The notes below the pieces were generated by a model. It saw nothing but the letters and a program-made list of their open reading frames with translations. It searched no databases and had not been told where the DNA came from. Below, one piece after another: positions 9,202 through 18,047 of a DNA stretch of 40,240 bases; position 1 is the stretch's first letter, and the number at the start of each line of letters is the position of its first letter. The position numbers and the translations under genes were made by a program. The stretch spans positions 1-40,240 of the forward strand of contig CAUZVG010000001.1 of NCBI GenBank assembly GCA_963583215.1. The letters run 5' to 3'. This DNA comes from Campylobacterales bacterium (GTDB taxonomy: Bacteria > Campylobacterota > Campylobacteria > Campylobacterales > Sulfurovaceae).

Positions 9202-10566
9202 TTATTTTTCATAAATATGTTTATCTTTATAAAAGTAGTATCTATCTCTCCCTTTTTGTTTGGCACAATACATGGCCATATCTGCATGTTTAAGTAAAGT
9301 ATTTTTATCTAGACCATCATGAGGATATCTAGCAATACCAATACTTACTGTTGACTGTAAGATGTATGTATTAATCTGCATTGGTTTACGTACAGCTCTC
9401 ATAATTTCAGGAACAAGAATTTCTATATTTTCTATTTTTTCTTCTTCCTCAATGATAGCTACAAATTCATCTCCACCTATACGTGCAAGAAAATTTTCCT
9501 CTCCAATAACCTTTGAAATACGTTTAGAAACAGTTATTAGTAAACTGTCCCCTATATCATGTCCATAATTATCATTGATTGCTTTAAAACGATCTAAATC
9601 AATAAACAGAACAAGAAAGACTGGCTTATCTACTGAAGTCTTTCCTGAAGCTATGAGTGCGCTAGCATAACGTTCAAACTCTGTTCTGTTTGGAAGCTTG
9701 GTTAAAATGTCATGATAGGCCAAATAATACACATCTCGTCTATGTCTAAGTACATTAAAGTACGTGACAATCAGGACCACTAAGATGATGAACGTAAAAA
9801 GAAAGAAAAAAGTACCAAGAGAACTTTCTTGCTTTTTAGTCTTGAGATACTCTTTATCTATGAGTGTATTTAATTCTTCTATCGTTTGGTCAAGGTTTAG
9901 GGTTTCATTTTTTCTAAGTACTTGATGTAATTGTTGCACAGAACCTAAAAATGACTCCGTTTGTAAATGAAAATAATAGATATCACTGTCCAGATCTATA
10001 TGCAGTTTTAAACTTCTTAAATCTGCTTTAAAAGAGTGAATATCAAGCTTACTGTCTAAAAATACCTTTCCAACTTTAAACAATATCTCTCTGAGTAAAT
10101 TTTCCAATTGTATGTTTTCATAAGCATTGTTTTCTATGCGCTTTTGTAGCTCATGGAGGGCATACACTGAATGTGTAACATTTCGATTGAGTAAGATAAA
10201 TTGTTCAATGAGTTTTGTTTTTTCATGGTATTTTCTTTCTATGAGTCGCAGTTTATTCCTTACCACTTCTGTAAAATCATCTGTAAGTTCATTGCTATAG
10301 AGTAAGTCTAGCTCTTCTTCAAACTTTGTTGAGAGTTGTTTTACCTTTTCTTGTTTAAGGTAGGCAAAAGAGCGTAGAAGGGTATTGTCATAATCTTGAT
10401 TATGACTGTGGAGTTTTAGCACCGCATTTTTATAGTCATAATAGCTTTTTATTTTAGTCTCTAAATTTTGGTAATAGACAAAAAGCAAAAGAAGTAAGAC
10501 AACGAAAAAAAGCAAAAGTACTATGACCGCATCTACTCTGCTTCTTTTTTTACTATGCTTAGGCAT
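9202..10566 (-). CDS. Diguanylate cyclase with 2 TM and a periplasmic helical sensor (DAHL-like)
   Basis: TM - long helical periplasmic domain - TM; HDILTKLPNR, DLDRFKAINDNYGHDIGD, RIGGDEF, ADMAMY.AK..GR; no EAL domain. The DAHL assignment is inferred. Confidence 0.9.
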   Translation of the reverse strand: MPKHSKKRSRVDAVIVLLLFFVVLLLLLFVYYQNLETKIKSYYDYKNAVLKLHSHNQDYDNTLLRSFAYLKQEKVKQLSTKFEEELDLLYSNELTDDFTEVVRNKLRLIERKYHEKTKLIEQFILLNRNVTHSVYALHELQKRIENNAYENIQLENLLREILFKVGKVFLDSKLDIHSFKADLRSLKLHIDLDSDIYYFHLQTESFLGSVQQLHQVLRKNETLNLDQTIEELNTLIDKEYLKTKKQESSLGTFFFLFTFIILVVLIVTYFNVLRHRRDVYYLAYHDILTKLPNRTEFERYASALIASGKTSVDKPVFLVLFIDLDRFKAINDNYGHDIGDSLLITVSKRISKVIGEENFLARIGGDEFVAIIEEEEKIENIEILVPEIMRAVRKPMQINTYILQSTVSIGIARYPHDGLDKNTLLKHADMAMYCAKQKGRDRYYFYKDKHIYEK

Positions 10567-10660
10567 GACTGCCCCTTGGTGTGCATCTATGTACTTTTTG
10601 TGTCGGGAACAAAGTCCTTACACAAATGTACAAGCTTTTCATGACATTAAACCTTTTTCT

Positions 10661-11512
10661 TTACAGTTCTATACATGTCCCTACCCCAGAACTTGTTAAA
10701 ATCTCTAAGAGTAAAGAGTGCTCTACCCTACCATCAATGATGTGGGCTTTTTTTACCCCACCACGCAGTGCTTCTATACAGGCATCTACTTTAGGTACCA
10801 TGCCCCCGTGAATGGTGCCGTCACGCTTGAGTGCTTCTGTTTTTTCTATGCTAAGGTTGGTAATGAGTTTCATCTCTTTGTCTAAAACACCTGGTGTGTC
10901 TGTTAAAAACAGTACTTTTCTTGCTTGCATGGCCACGGCTATTTTAGAGGCTGCCAAGTCCGCATTGATGTTAAAACCAGGATGTCCCATGGTTGAAGAG
11001 CCGGCAATAGGTGCAATTACAGGTACCGCACCATCTTCAATAATGTTATTGACAATCTCAGGATTGACTGTTTCAATTAGACCAGTGTAACCAAAGTTTT
11101 TAAAGTCTTTAGGCTTTCCTTTTAAGAAACCCCCATCTTTTCCAGAAATACCAATGGCTTTAGAACCATGGTTGTCTAGTAAAGAGACAATCTCTTTATT
11201 GATTTGTCCTGAGAGTACCATCTCTGCAATACGCATCACTTCTTTTGTGGTCACTCGCTGTCCATCTACAAACTTCGTCTCAACGCCTAGTTGTGTGAGT
11301 AAATCAGTAATGCTTTTACCTCCACCATGTACAACTATGGGTTTCATTCCTACAAGGTGTAAAAGTACAATGTCTTGTGCAAATTGCTCTTTGAGTGTAT
11401 CTGAGGTTTGTGCTGCCCCACCATACTTAATGACTATCTTTTCATTGGAAAAACGTTTAATGTATGGTAATGCATCAAGCAGTGTCTTTACGACTTCTAT
11501 GTTATCTTTCAC
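10661..11512 (-). CDS. argB: Acetylglutamate kinase
   Basis: VIKYGGAA, VVHGGG, FNINAD.AA, GGMVPKV, HIIDGRVEHSLLLE. Confidence 0.97.
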   Translation of the reverse strand: MKDNIEVVKTLLDALPYIKRFSNEKIVIKYGGAAQTSDTLKEQFAQDIVLLHLVGMKPIVVHGGGKSITDLLTQLGVETKFVDGQRVTTKEVMRIAEMVLSGQINKEIVSLLDNHGSKAIGISGKDGGFLKGKPKDFKNFGYTGLIETVNPEIVNNIIEDGAVPVIAPIAGSSTMGHPGFNINADLAASKIAVAMQARKVLFLTDTPGVLDKEMKLITNLSIEKTEALKRDGTIHGGMVPKVDACIEALRGGVKKAHIIDGRVEHSLLLEILTSSGVGTCIEL

Positions 11513-11576
11513 GCGGAACCCTCTTTTTAATTAATATCTATTATTCTTATTATAAAACAAATTTATGAATTTAGCT

Positions 11577-12482
11577 TTAAAATGCCTTAACATATGCGTC
11601 TATGGCGTCAAAAACAGAGTCATCGATCTCTAATTCTAACTTCATGACAGCAAGAGGCAAGTCAAAGTCTTGCATTTTTACTAAGTCTTTTTCTGTCACC
11701 AAAAGTCTATCTGCTCCATAGGTTTTCATCTCTTTGACTAAAGTTTTTTCATCAAAATACGCATGATCTTCCCTATAAACTTTAGCCACTACGTCTTCAG
11801 GCAAAAAGGCATCTAACCTCTCTGGCTGAGAAATTGCAGTGACCAGTAACATCTTTTCACTCAGGTTTTCAAAATGTACTAACCGTTTAAAATCTCGATT
11901 TTCTTTCACAACAAGGTCAGCATAGACTTTTGTCCAGAAAAATTCTCTAAAAGCCCCAGAAGGAAAAGGGAAATAGTTTTTAATTTTGGCTGGTTCTAAA
12001 AGAATTTCAAACTTTTGAATGTTCACCCTGTTAAAACCATCATCTAAAATGATGACTTTGGCTCCTTTACGCATGGCAAGTTCTATGGCTAACTCTCTTT
12101 CTTCTGAGACGATCACAGAAGCATTTGGCAAAGAACATGCCATAAGCATCGCTTCATCCCCACTCTCTTCTACAACGCTAAGTACCTGCCCTCTTGCACT
12201 CACTTCCACAAGTCCTTGGCTTTTTCTACCATAGCCTCGTGAAATCACAGTGACATCAGAGTACTTCTTAGCCAAAGCAATGACAAAAGGCGTTTTTCCT
12301 GCACCACCCACAACTAAGTTTCCTACAGAGATGATAGGTAGAGAGAAATGTTGCCTTGTAGTAAACACTCTACGTAAAAACATCAGAGTGCCATAAAGTA
12401 AAGAAAAGGGTAACAGTAAAACTATAAGAAAATAATGGTACCAAGAGGGGTTAAAAAACATTTTTTCAAAAAAAGCAATCAT
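11577..12482 (-). CDS. lpxK: Tetraacyldisaccharide 4'-kinase
   Basis: ISVGNLVVGGAGKTP, SRGYG, GDEA, ILDDGF, TEKD.VK. ATG at 12482 has an AAGGA SD and an ATGA overlap with the upstream stop. Confidence 0.93.
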   Translation of the reverse strand: MIAFFEKMFFNPSWYHYFLIVLLLPFSLLYGTLMFLRRVFTTRQHFSLPIISVGNLVVGGAGKTPFVIALAKKYSDVTVISRGYGRKSQGLVEVSARGQVLSVVEESGDEAMLMACSLPNASVIVSEERELAIELAMRKGAKVIILDDGFNRVNIQKFEILLEPAKIKNYFPFPSGAFREFFWTKVYADLVVKENRDFKRLVHFENLSEKMLLVTAISQPERLDAFLPEDVVAKVYREDHAYFDEKTLVKEMKTYGADRLLVTEKDLVKMQDFDLPLAVMKLELEIDDSVFDAIDAYVKAF

Positions 12483-13294
12483 GAACAATCCTTAGCACCC
12501 AGTTTTTTGATTTCAACACAAGAGAAACCTGCTTCTTTTCTAGCCTCGACATTGACATGCGGTCTATGTTTATCCATCAAGTCATAACGTTCGAGTATTT
12601 CAAAATACACCTCTTCACTTTTACCCTCTTTTTCACACAGGTACTTAAACCACTTATCCCCTTTAAGTACATGCACAATCTCTTCATCTTGGATCACATG
12701 AAGTATGGCTATGAGTTTACCCACAGTTGGGATTTTACGTTTATTTTGCAGTCTTTTAATGACTTGAGGACTGACATCAAGCCCTGAAGCTTCAAAGTAT
12801 CGTGGCACTATGGCCATACGGTCTAAAATGTTATGGGCCGTGTTCTTTGCCGCATCAAAAAGACCAGAGTGTACAGGGAAGTCACCATGTTTAAAACCAA
12901 GCTCAGCTAAAAGTTCGGCTAACATTTGAAAATGACGTATCTCATCTGCTGCCACTTCTAACCAGTCTATTTTGTAGGACATAGACATTTCGGGGTAACG
13001 GTAGACGGCATCTAAAGCCAAGTCAATAGCAGAGAATTCTATGTGTGCAATGGAGTGTACCAAAGTAGCCAAACCTTCTTTGGTGTCAAAATCTTTACGA
13101 TGTCTTAAGTCTTTAGGAAGTACAATCTCACAACGATTAACATAGGAAGGCTGAGCAAATTCTATGGGGGAGAAGTCACTAGGCACACTAACCTCATTTT
13201 GGCTACAATACTCCAGACATTGAGCAGTCAGCTTTTCTTTGATTAAGATATCTTCACTACTAATGGCTTGCTCTAAAAGTTCATACATATTCAT
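12479..13294 (-). CDS. DUF455 ferritin-like di-iron protein
   Basis: HSIAHIEFSAIDLA.D, DEIRHF, EASGLD, EEIVHV..G.KWF. Start placed at MNMY (13294) to avoid overlap with the divergent gene. Confidence 0.88.
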   Translation of the reverse strand: MNMYELLEQAISSEDILIKEKLTAQCLEYCSQNEVSVPSDFSPIEFAQPSYVNRCEIVLPKDLRHRKDFDTKEGLATLVHSIAHIEFSAIDLALDAVYRYPEMSMSYKIDWLEVAADEIRHFQMLAELLAELGFKHGDFPVHSGLFDAAKNTAHNILDRMAIVPRYFEASGLDVSPQVIKRLQNKRKIPTVGKLIAILHVIQDEEIVHVLKGDKWFKYLCEKEGKSEEVYFEILERYDLMDKHRPHVNVEARKEAGFSCVEIKKLGAKDCS

Positions 13295-13310
13295 ATAAGG
13301 ATTATAACCA

Positions 13311-13916
13311 ATGGAAATTAAAATCCAAGCTATGGGAGCCACACAAACCAATTGTTACATAGTCACGGTTGGAGGAAAAGACTTCATTATTGACCCTGGT
13401 ATGGGTGCCACCCAATGGGTAATACACAATGCTAAAAACCCTGTAGCCATTCTCAACACACATGCACACTTTGACCATGTATGGTCTAACCAAGCGGTGC
13501 AAGATGCACTCAAAGTTCCTATTTACTGTCCTAAAGATGATGTTTTCATGCTTACAGAATGTCCTCTTGGACAGTCTGTACCACCAAGTGAGGCGGACTA
13601 TGAAGTTCTAGGTGATGAACTCTTAGAAATTGCAGGTGTCAAAATACAGTACCGTCACTTCCCAGGACACACCCCCGGATGTAGTATCATACAAATAGAA
13701 GATGCTTGGTTCTCGGGAGATTTCCTTTTTCAACAAAGCATAGGAAGATGGGACTTCCCATTCTCTTCAGGTGAAGATATGGTAAAAAGTTTAGAAAAAG
13801 CCCTCACAATAGAAAGTGACTATAGAATCTACCCAGGACATGGTTCAGCCACCACCCTCAAAGAAGAGCAGCAAGTCATCCCTTACTGGATACAACAGGT
13901 TCAAAATACTCTATAG
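13311..13916 (+). CDS. MBL-fold metallo-hydrolase (glyoxalase II/YcbL-like)
   Basis: NTHAHFDH, PGHTPG, FSGD.LF..SIGR.D, YPGHG. Confidence 0.9.
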   Translation: MEIKIQAMGATQTNCYIVTVGGKDFIIDPGMGATQWVIHNAKNPVAILNTHAHFDHVWSNQAVQDALKVPIYCPKDDVFMLTECPLGQSVPPSEADYEVLGDELLEIAGVKIQYRHFPGHTPGCSIIQIEDAWFSGDFLFQQSIGRWDFPFSSGEDMVKSLEKALTIESDYRIYPGHGSATTLKEEQQVIPYWIQQVQNTL

Positions 13917-13934
13917 TTAGCATGTAGAGTGTCT

Positions 13935-14031
13935 TATGCATTCCCACCGAGGACGGATGGGAAACGAGTTGAATTTTCTTTTTATTTGTATTGAAGTATG
14001 GGTTCCCATCGGGGACGATGGGAACTAGGTT
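13935..14031. repeat. Two tandem REP-like GC-rich palindromes
   Basis: TATGCATTCCCACCGAGGACGGATGGGAAACGAG (13935) and TATGGGTTCCCATCGGGGACGATGGGAACTAG (13997); the second has a perfect 10-bp stem. Confidence 0.7.
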
Positions 14032-14054
14032 TGATAGTATTGGGGTAAGTCTTG

Positions 14055-14438
14055 CTAGCCTAAAACATGGTTAGCTAAAACAAAAGTAGTAAAACTTCCT
14101 TCAAAGATAAGTCTGCCTGACACATAAGCTTCTACCTCAACTACTTTTTTCTTCCCTTTTTCACTTACGATGCTCGCTTTACATAACACTGCATCTCCCA
14201 CTTTAACAGGAGCCAAAAACTTAGAACTGGAAGAACCAAGTACTACATAAGGGTCATTGACTGCCACCATAGCTGCATAGTCTGCTGCGCCAAAGACAAA
14301 GCTACCGTGTACCAAGCCTTGTGTATCTGCTTTCATCTGAGTTGTTGTATGGAGTAAAACTTCTGCATAGCCCTCTTCTAAGCGAGTGACTTTTCCACAG
14401 AGAGCATTGTCTATCTCTAAATGTGTCTTTACTTCCAC
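14055..14438 (-). CDS. Hotdog-fold (PaaI-like) thioesterase
   Basis: GLVHGSFVFGAADYAAM, KFLAPVKVGD. Confidence 0.88.
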   Translation of the reverse strand: MEVKTHLEIDNALCGKVTRLEEGYAEVLLHTTTQMKADTQGLVHGSFVFGAADYAAMVAVNDPYVVLGSSSSKFLAPVKVGDAVLCKASIVSEKGKKKVVEVEAYVSGRLIFEGSFTTFVLANHVLG

Positions 14439-14621
14439 CTAGTTACCGCTTGCACATTTCCCAGACTCACATTTCCCAGACTCACATTTCATAAATGGTT
14501 TTAAGTCAGACTTGGGTGCTGCTTCAGCTTTATCGAAAAAGCCTTCTGAGTAAAGAACATAAGTAAAAATTGCTGCAAGTACAGCAAGCACTGCCAAAAT
14601 AGAAAGTAAAAATTTTTTCAT
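14439..14621 (-). CDS. 60-aa N-terminally membrane-anchored peptide with C-terminal MKCESGKCESGKC repeat
   Basis: Hydrophobic N-terminus; 15-bp tandem DNA repeat; own TGCTATAAT promoter and AAGG SD; stop codon abuts the thioesterase GTG. Confidence 0.8.
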   Translation of the reverse strand: MKKFLLSILAVLAVLAAIFTYVLYSEGFFDKAEAAPKSDLKPFMKCESGKCESGKCASGN

Positions 14622-14680
14622 AACATAACCTTAAATATAATTTGAAGAATTATAGCAAAAAATTACTGTTTAATTTACGA

Positions 14681-15703
14681 TTAAACAACCCAGGCTTCGT
14701 CTTTAAAAATGATTTCATTGTCAAGGGTAACCGTTTTGGTATCGACAAAAACGTCAATGTGGAACTTTCCGTCTCCACGTTTAAAGCCTGGTTTACCATA
14801 CATGCCGTGCTTCCTTCCTAAGGAGAGATGCACACCACACATACGTTCATAGGTACCCGTGTCACTGACTGTATCTGTTTTAGTAAAAGCACGGTTGAGT
14901 CCAAAGCCCAGTTCTCTTACCCATACTTTTTCTTCACCCTCACGTATGAGTGCCAAAACTTCATCAAACGCAGGAGTAGAGTTTTCAGTAGCCACCACCA
15001 CACCTTTTTCAATAATTAACGTAATAGGATTTGTAGGTTTATTTATCTGATACGTTGTATCGGAGAAAATAAAAATATTGACAGAGCCATTTACAGACTC
15101 TAAATCTTTTGCTTCTGTAAAAACTTCACCAATGGGAAACTGTCCACCGGTATTTGGCATTTCACTGTAGTCGCCAATGTTTAACTTTGCAGACTCAAAT
15201 CCTGACTCATAGTAAAGTGCTTCGTCTCCACTATGTACAACACCTGAACTTGCAGCATCAATTTTAAGCTTTAAAGCAGGTCCAACACCTCTATAATAGG
15301 CTAAATCATAGTTTAGGCTCTCAATGTAACAAGTAACCTCTTCTTCTGCCATACGGCTTAAGTGAGGATGTTCTATGACTTTAATTTTACGTTTAAAAAG
15401 TTCTACACGGATTCTAAATGCATCTAAACGGAAATTTTTAGATTGTATGAGTGCTACAAAGTCTGAGGATTGTAAAGAGGAGAGAGTTTCAAGGATGACA
15501 GAAGCTTCCGTTTCATCAAAATGAATAAAAGTTGCTTCAGGAAGTGCTTCTTTGTATGCCGAATACAACATTTTAGAAAGTGTAGAGTTTTTATCATACA
15601 CCACAACAGCTTTTTCAGACTCACTATAGTTAAAGACATCTTTTACAATACCTTTAACATGTAATGCTAGTTTATGAATCTGTGCTTCGTCATGTACAAT
15701 CAT
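14681..15703 (-). CDS. M29-like (aminopeptidase T/II fold) metallopeptidase
   Basis: FPIGEVFTE, ELGFGLN, YER..GVHLSLG, FHIDV match the spacing of M29 metal ligands. Confidence 0.7.
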   Translation of the reverse strand: MIVHDEAQIHKLALHVKGIVKDVFNYSESEKAVVVYDKNSTLSKMLYSAYKEALPEATFIHFDETEASVILETLSSLQSSDFVALIQSKNFRLDAFRIRVELFKRKIKVIEHPHLSRMAEEEVTCYIESLNYDLAYYRGVGPALKLKIDAASSGVVHSGDEALYYESGFESAKLNIGDYSEMPNTGGQFPIGEVFTEAKDLESVNGSVNIFIFSDTTYQINKPTNPITLIIEKGVVVATENSTPAFDEVLALIREGEEKVWVRELGFGLNRAFTKTDTVSDTGTYERMCGVHLSLGRKHGMYGKPGFKRGDGKFHIDVFVDTKTVTLDNEIIFKDEAWVV

Positions 15704-15725
15704 CTATTTAAAGTATAAGTTTAGA

Positions 15726-16385
15726 TTAGTAAGAGAATTTATATCCACGTCTACGCACGGTGTGAATCACTTGGAAACCAAGGATGCTTTTCAGACGTTT
15801 ACGAATTTGGTTAATGGCAACTTCTACAGTGTTGTCAGAAACATACTCAGGTTCTTCCCAAAGGGCGTTGATGATTTCATCTTTTGAAAACACTCTTTGT
15901 TTACGTAAAGCAAGATACGCCAAGATGTCAAATGTTTTTCCATTTAGAGAAACAATTTTGTCATCATATTCTATCTTTTTATTGGCAATATCAATCACCA
16001 ATTTTTCAATGTTTACTTGGGTACCAAAAAGGTGTCTCATGTTTGAGAGTACACGCGCAGCAATAAGATCTGGGTGGTCACAGTGATTATACACAACATC
16101 GTCTACACCAAGGTCAAAAAACGAAGACTGTGCTTGGATGTTTGACGTTAAGATGATGATTTTTGTTTCACTTTTTTTCTTTTTAACTTCATTGACATAA
16201 CGCTCTAAAGAGAACTTTATACCTTCGTCAACAATAATGACCAATTCATAATGTCTAAAATCTGTAAAATTGGTTGCATCATACATATCTTTTGCATTGT
16301 CAACAATACAAATAAAATAATCTTCTAACTCTTTTTCTAACTCTTTAACGTATTCGTCACTAAACCCAACAGTTAATATTCTCAT
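15726..16385 (-). CDS. Orphan OmpR-family regulator, HsrA/CosR-like, with an atypical receiver domain
   Basis: wHTH tail WEEPE.V..N.VEVAINQIR...TVRRRGYKF is typical of HsrA(HP1043)/CosR; the receiver lacks the acidic pair and the conserved Lys. Confidence 0.82.
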   Translation of the reverse strand: MRILTVGFSDEYVKELEKELEDYFICIVDNAKDMYDATNFTDFRHYELVIIVDEGIKFSLERYVNEVKKKKSETKIIILTSNIQAQSSFFDLGVDDVVYNHCDHPDLIAARVLSNMRHLFGTQVNIEKLVIDIANKKIEYDDKIVSLNGKTFDILAYLALRKQRVFSKDEIINALWEEPEYVSDNTVEVAINQIRKRLKSILGFQVIHTVRRRGYKFSY

Positions 16386-16517
16386 GTTTATCCATTTCCA
16401 AAAAGTAAACTGAAACTTAAAGTTTCTCTGCTTTTTGCATTTATTAGTGTATTTATACCCAAAAGAAGCTTATTTAAAAATAAAACGAGAAGAAAATGGC
16501 AAGAAAATTAAAAAATA

Positions 16518-17423
16518 TTAAAGGGCTTTTAATGCCTTAATATACACTCTTTTAGGTGCAGGGTAACCTTCTACTGTTTTACTTTCATCGTCAGGGTCCA
16601 AGAAGTCTTCAAGACTTTGGGTATCAATCCACTCTGTTTTTCTCTGTTCATTGTGTTCTGTGACCATGGTTTCAAGTACTTCTACACTTTCAAACCCTGC
16701 TCTGGTACACCAATTTTTAAGCGCATTCACCGTGGGTACAAAATAAATATTAGGTATTTTAGAATAACGGTCTCTAGGCGTCAGGCACATTTCACCCTCA
16801 CCATCTATCATAAAGGTGTCTAAAATGAGTTCTCCGCCTTTGTTAAGCCCTTTAAAAAGTGACTTTAACATTGCCACGGGGTCTGAACGGTGGTAAAGTA
16901 CTCCTAAACAAAAGAGTGTGTCAAACTTGTGTTCATAAAACTCTACATGTTCTACCCCCAACAGTTCATAGACAATGTCAGACTTTATAAAGTGGTTCAT
17001 AAATTGAAATTGCGAATAATAAATCGCAGAAGGGTCAAAACCTATAAGTTTTTTAGGTTTATCTTCGAGCATACGAAAAAGGTAATACCCATTGTTACAG
17101 CCAATGTCTCCTACAATTTTATCTTTTAAGTCAAAATGTGGGGCTAATAGGTTGTATTTGATTTGGCTTTGCCACTCAGAGTCTATAAACAAGTCATTTA
17201 TTTGGAAAGGTCCTTTGCGCCAAGGCTTCATCAGTATCGCGGTTTCTTTGATTTGCTGGGCAAGGGCAGGAGAGAGGTTCTCTATCTGCACAGTGACTTT
17301 GTCACCTAAAGTTACCTCAACGTTTGTACATTCAGGTAAATCTTTGATGGCCTCTTGATAAGGCACAATGTTCTTCCACGTCAGCCATTTTTTTCGTTCT
17401 TCTCTTAATACATCTAAATTCAT
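16518..17423 (-). CDS. cmoB: tRNA U34 carboxymethyltransferase CmoB
   Basis: PWRKGPF, IDSEWQS, DIGCNNGYY, GVLYHR, RYSKIPNIYF, TVEGYPAP. Confidence 0.96.
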   Translation of the reverse strand: MNLDVLREERKKWLTWKNIVPYQEAIKDLPECTNVEVTLGDKVTVQIENLSPALAQQIKETAILMKPWRKGPFQINDLFIDSEWQSQIKYNLLAPHFDLKDKIVGDIGCNNGYYLFRMLEDKPKKLIGFDPSAIYYSQFQFMNHFIKSDIVYELLGVEHVEFYEHKFDTLFCLGVLYHRSDPVAMLKSLFKGLNKGGELILDTFMIDGEGEMCLTPRDRYSKIPNIYFVPTVNALKNWCTRAGFESVEVLETMVTEHNEQRKTEWIDTQSLEDFLDPDDESKTVEGYPAPKRVYIKALKAL

Positions 17424-17963
17424 CTATTTTTTAATATACGCTCTTTTTATTTTTTGGTCAAACATAGGTTTAGACCCTGCACCTACAGAAACATTTTCCA
17501 ATTTACGAACCACATCTTTACCTTTGATGACTTCACCAAAGATGGTATGTTTACCATTCAAGTGAGGTGTTGGTACCAAGGTAATGAAAAATTGGCTTCC
17601 ATTGGTTTTAGGACCGGAGTTTGCCATAGCCAAAAGATACGGTCTATCGAACACGACATTGGCTGTAAATTCATCTTTAAATGGTTTTCCCCAAATTGAT
17701 TTACCACCAGTACCCGTACCACGAGGGTCACCACCTTGGATCATAAAGTCTTTAATGATTCTGTGAAAGATCAAACCGTTGTAATAACCATTTTTCACAT
17801 GTGTCGTAAAGTTTTCTACTGCAAGTGGTGCAACTTTAGGGTAAAGTTTTAATTCTATTTTTCCTATATTTGTTTCTAATACAACTATAGGTGCTTTGTC
17901 TTCTGCCTGAGCAAACACACTCACAGATACAAAAAGTACTGCCATTACTAATTTTTTTATCAT
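17424..17963 (-). CDS. Exported cyclophilin-type peptidyl-prolyl isomerase
   Basis: Signal peptide; FHRIIKDFMIQGGDP, AMANSGP.TNGSQFFIT, HTIFGEV. Confidence 0.93.
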   Translation of the reverse strand: MIKKLVMAVLFVSVSVFAQAEDKAPIVVLETNIGKIELKLYPKVAPLAVENFTTHVKNGYYNGLIFHRIIKDFMIQGGDPRGTGTGGKSIWGKPFKDEFTANVVFDRPYLLAMANSGPKTNGSQFFITLVPTPHLNGKHTIFGEVIKGKDVVRKLENVSVGAGSKPMFDQKIKRAYIKK

Positions 17964-18047
17964 CTCTTTATCCTTTTTTTGAATCGTTAGGGATTATAAC
18001 GATTTTTTCATTTATTTAGCATAACTTATTGTTACTATTAATGGACC

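Noticed and set aside
13935-14031. Mini-CRISPR or attC array
   Set aside because: Only two divergent units, no cas or integrase gene, and no attC R-box pattern.
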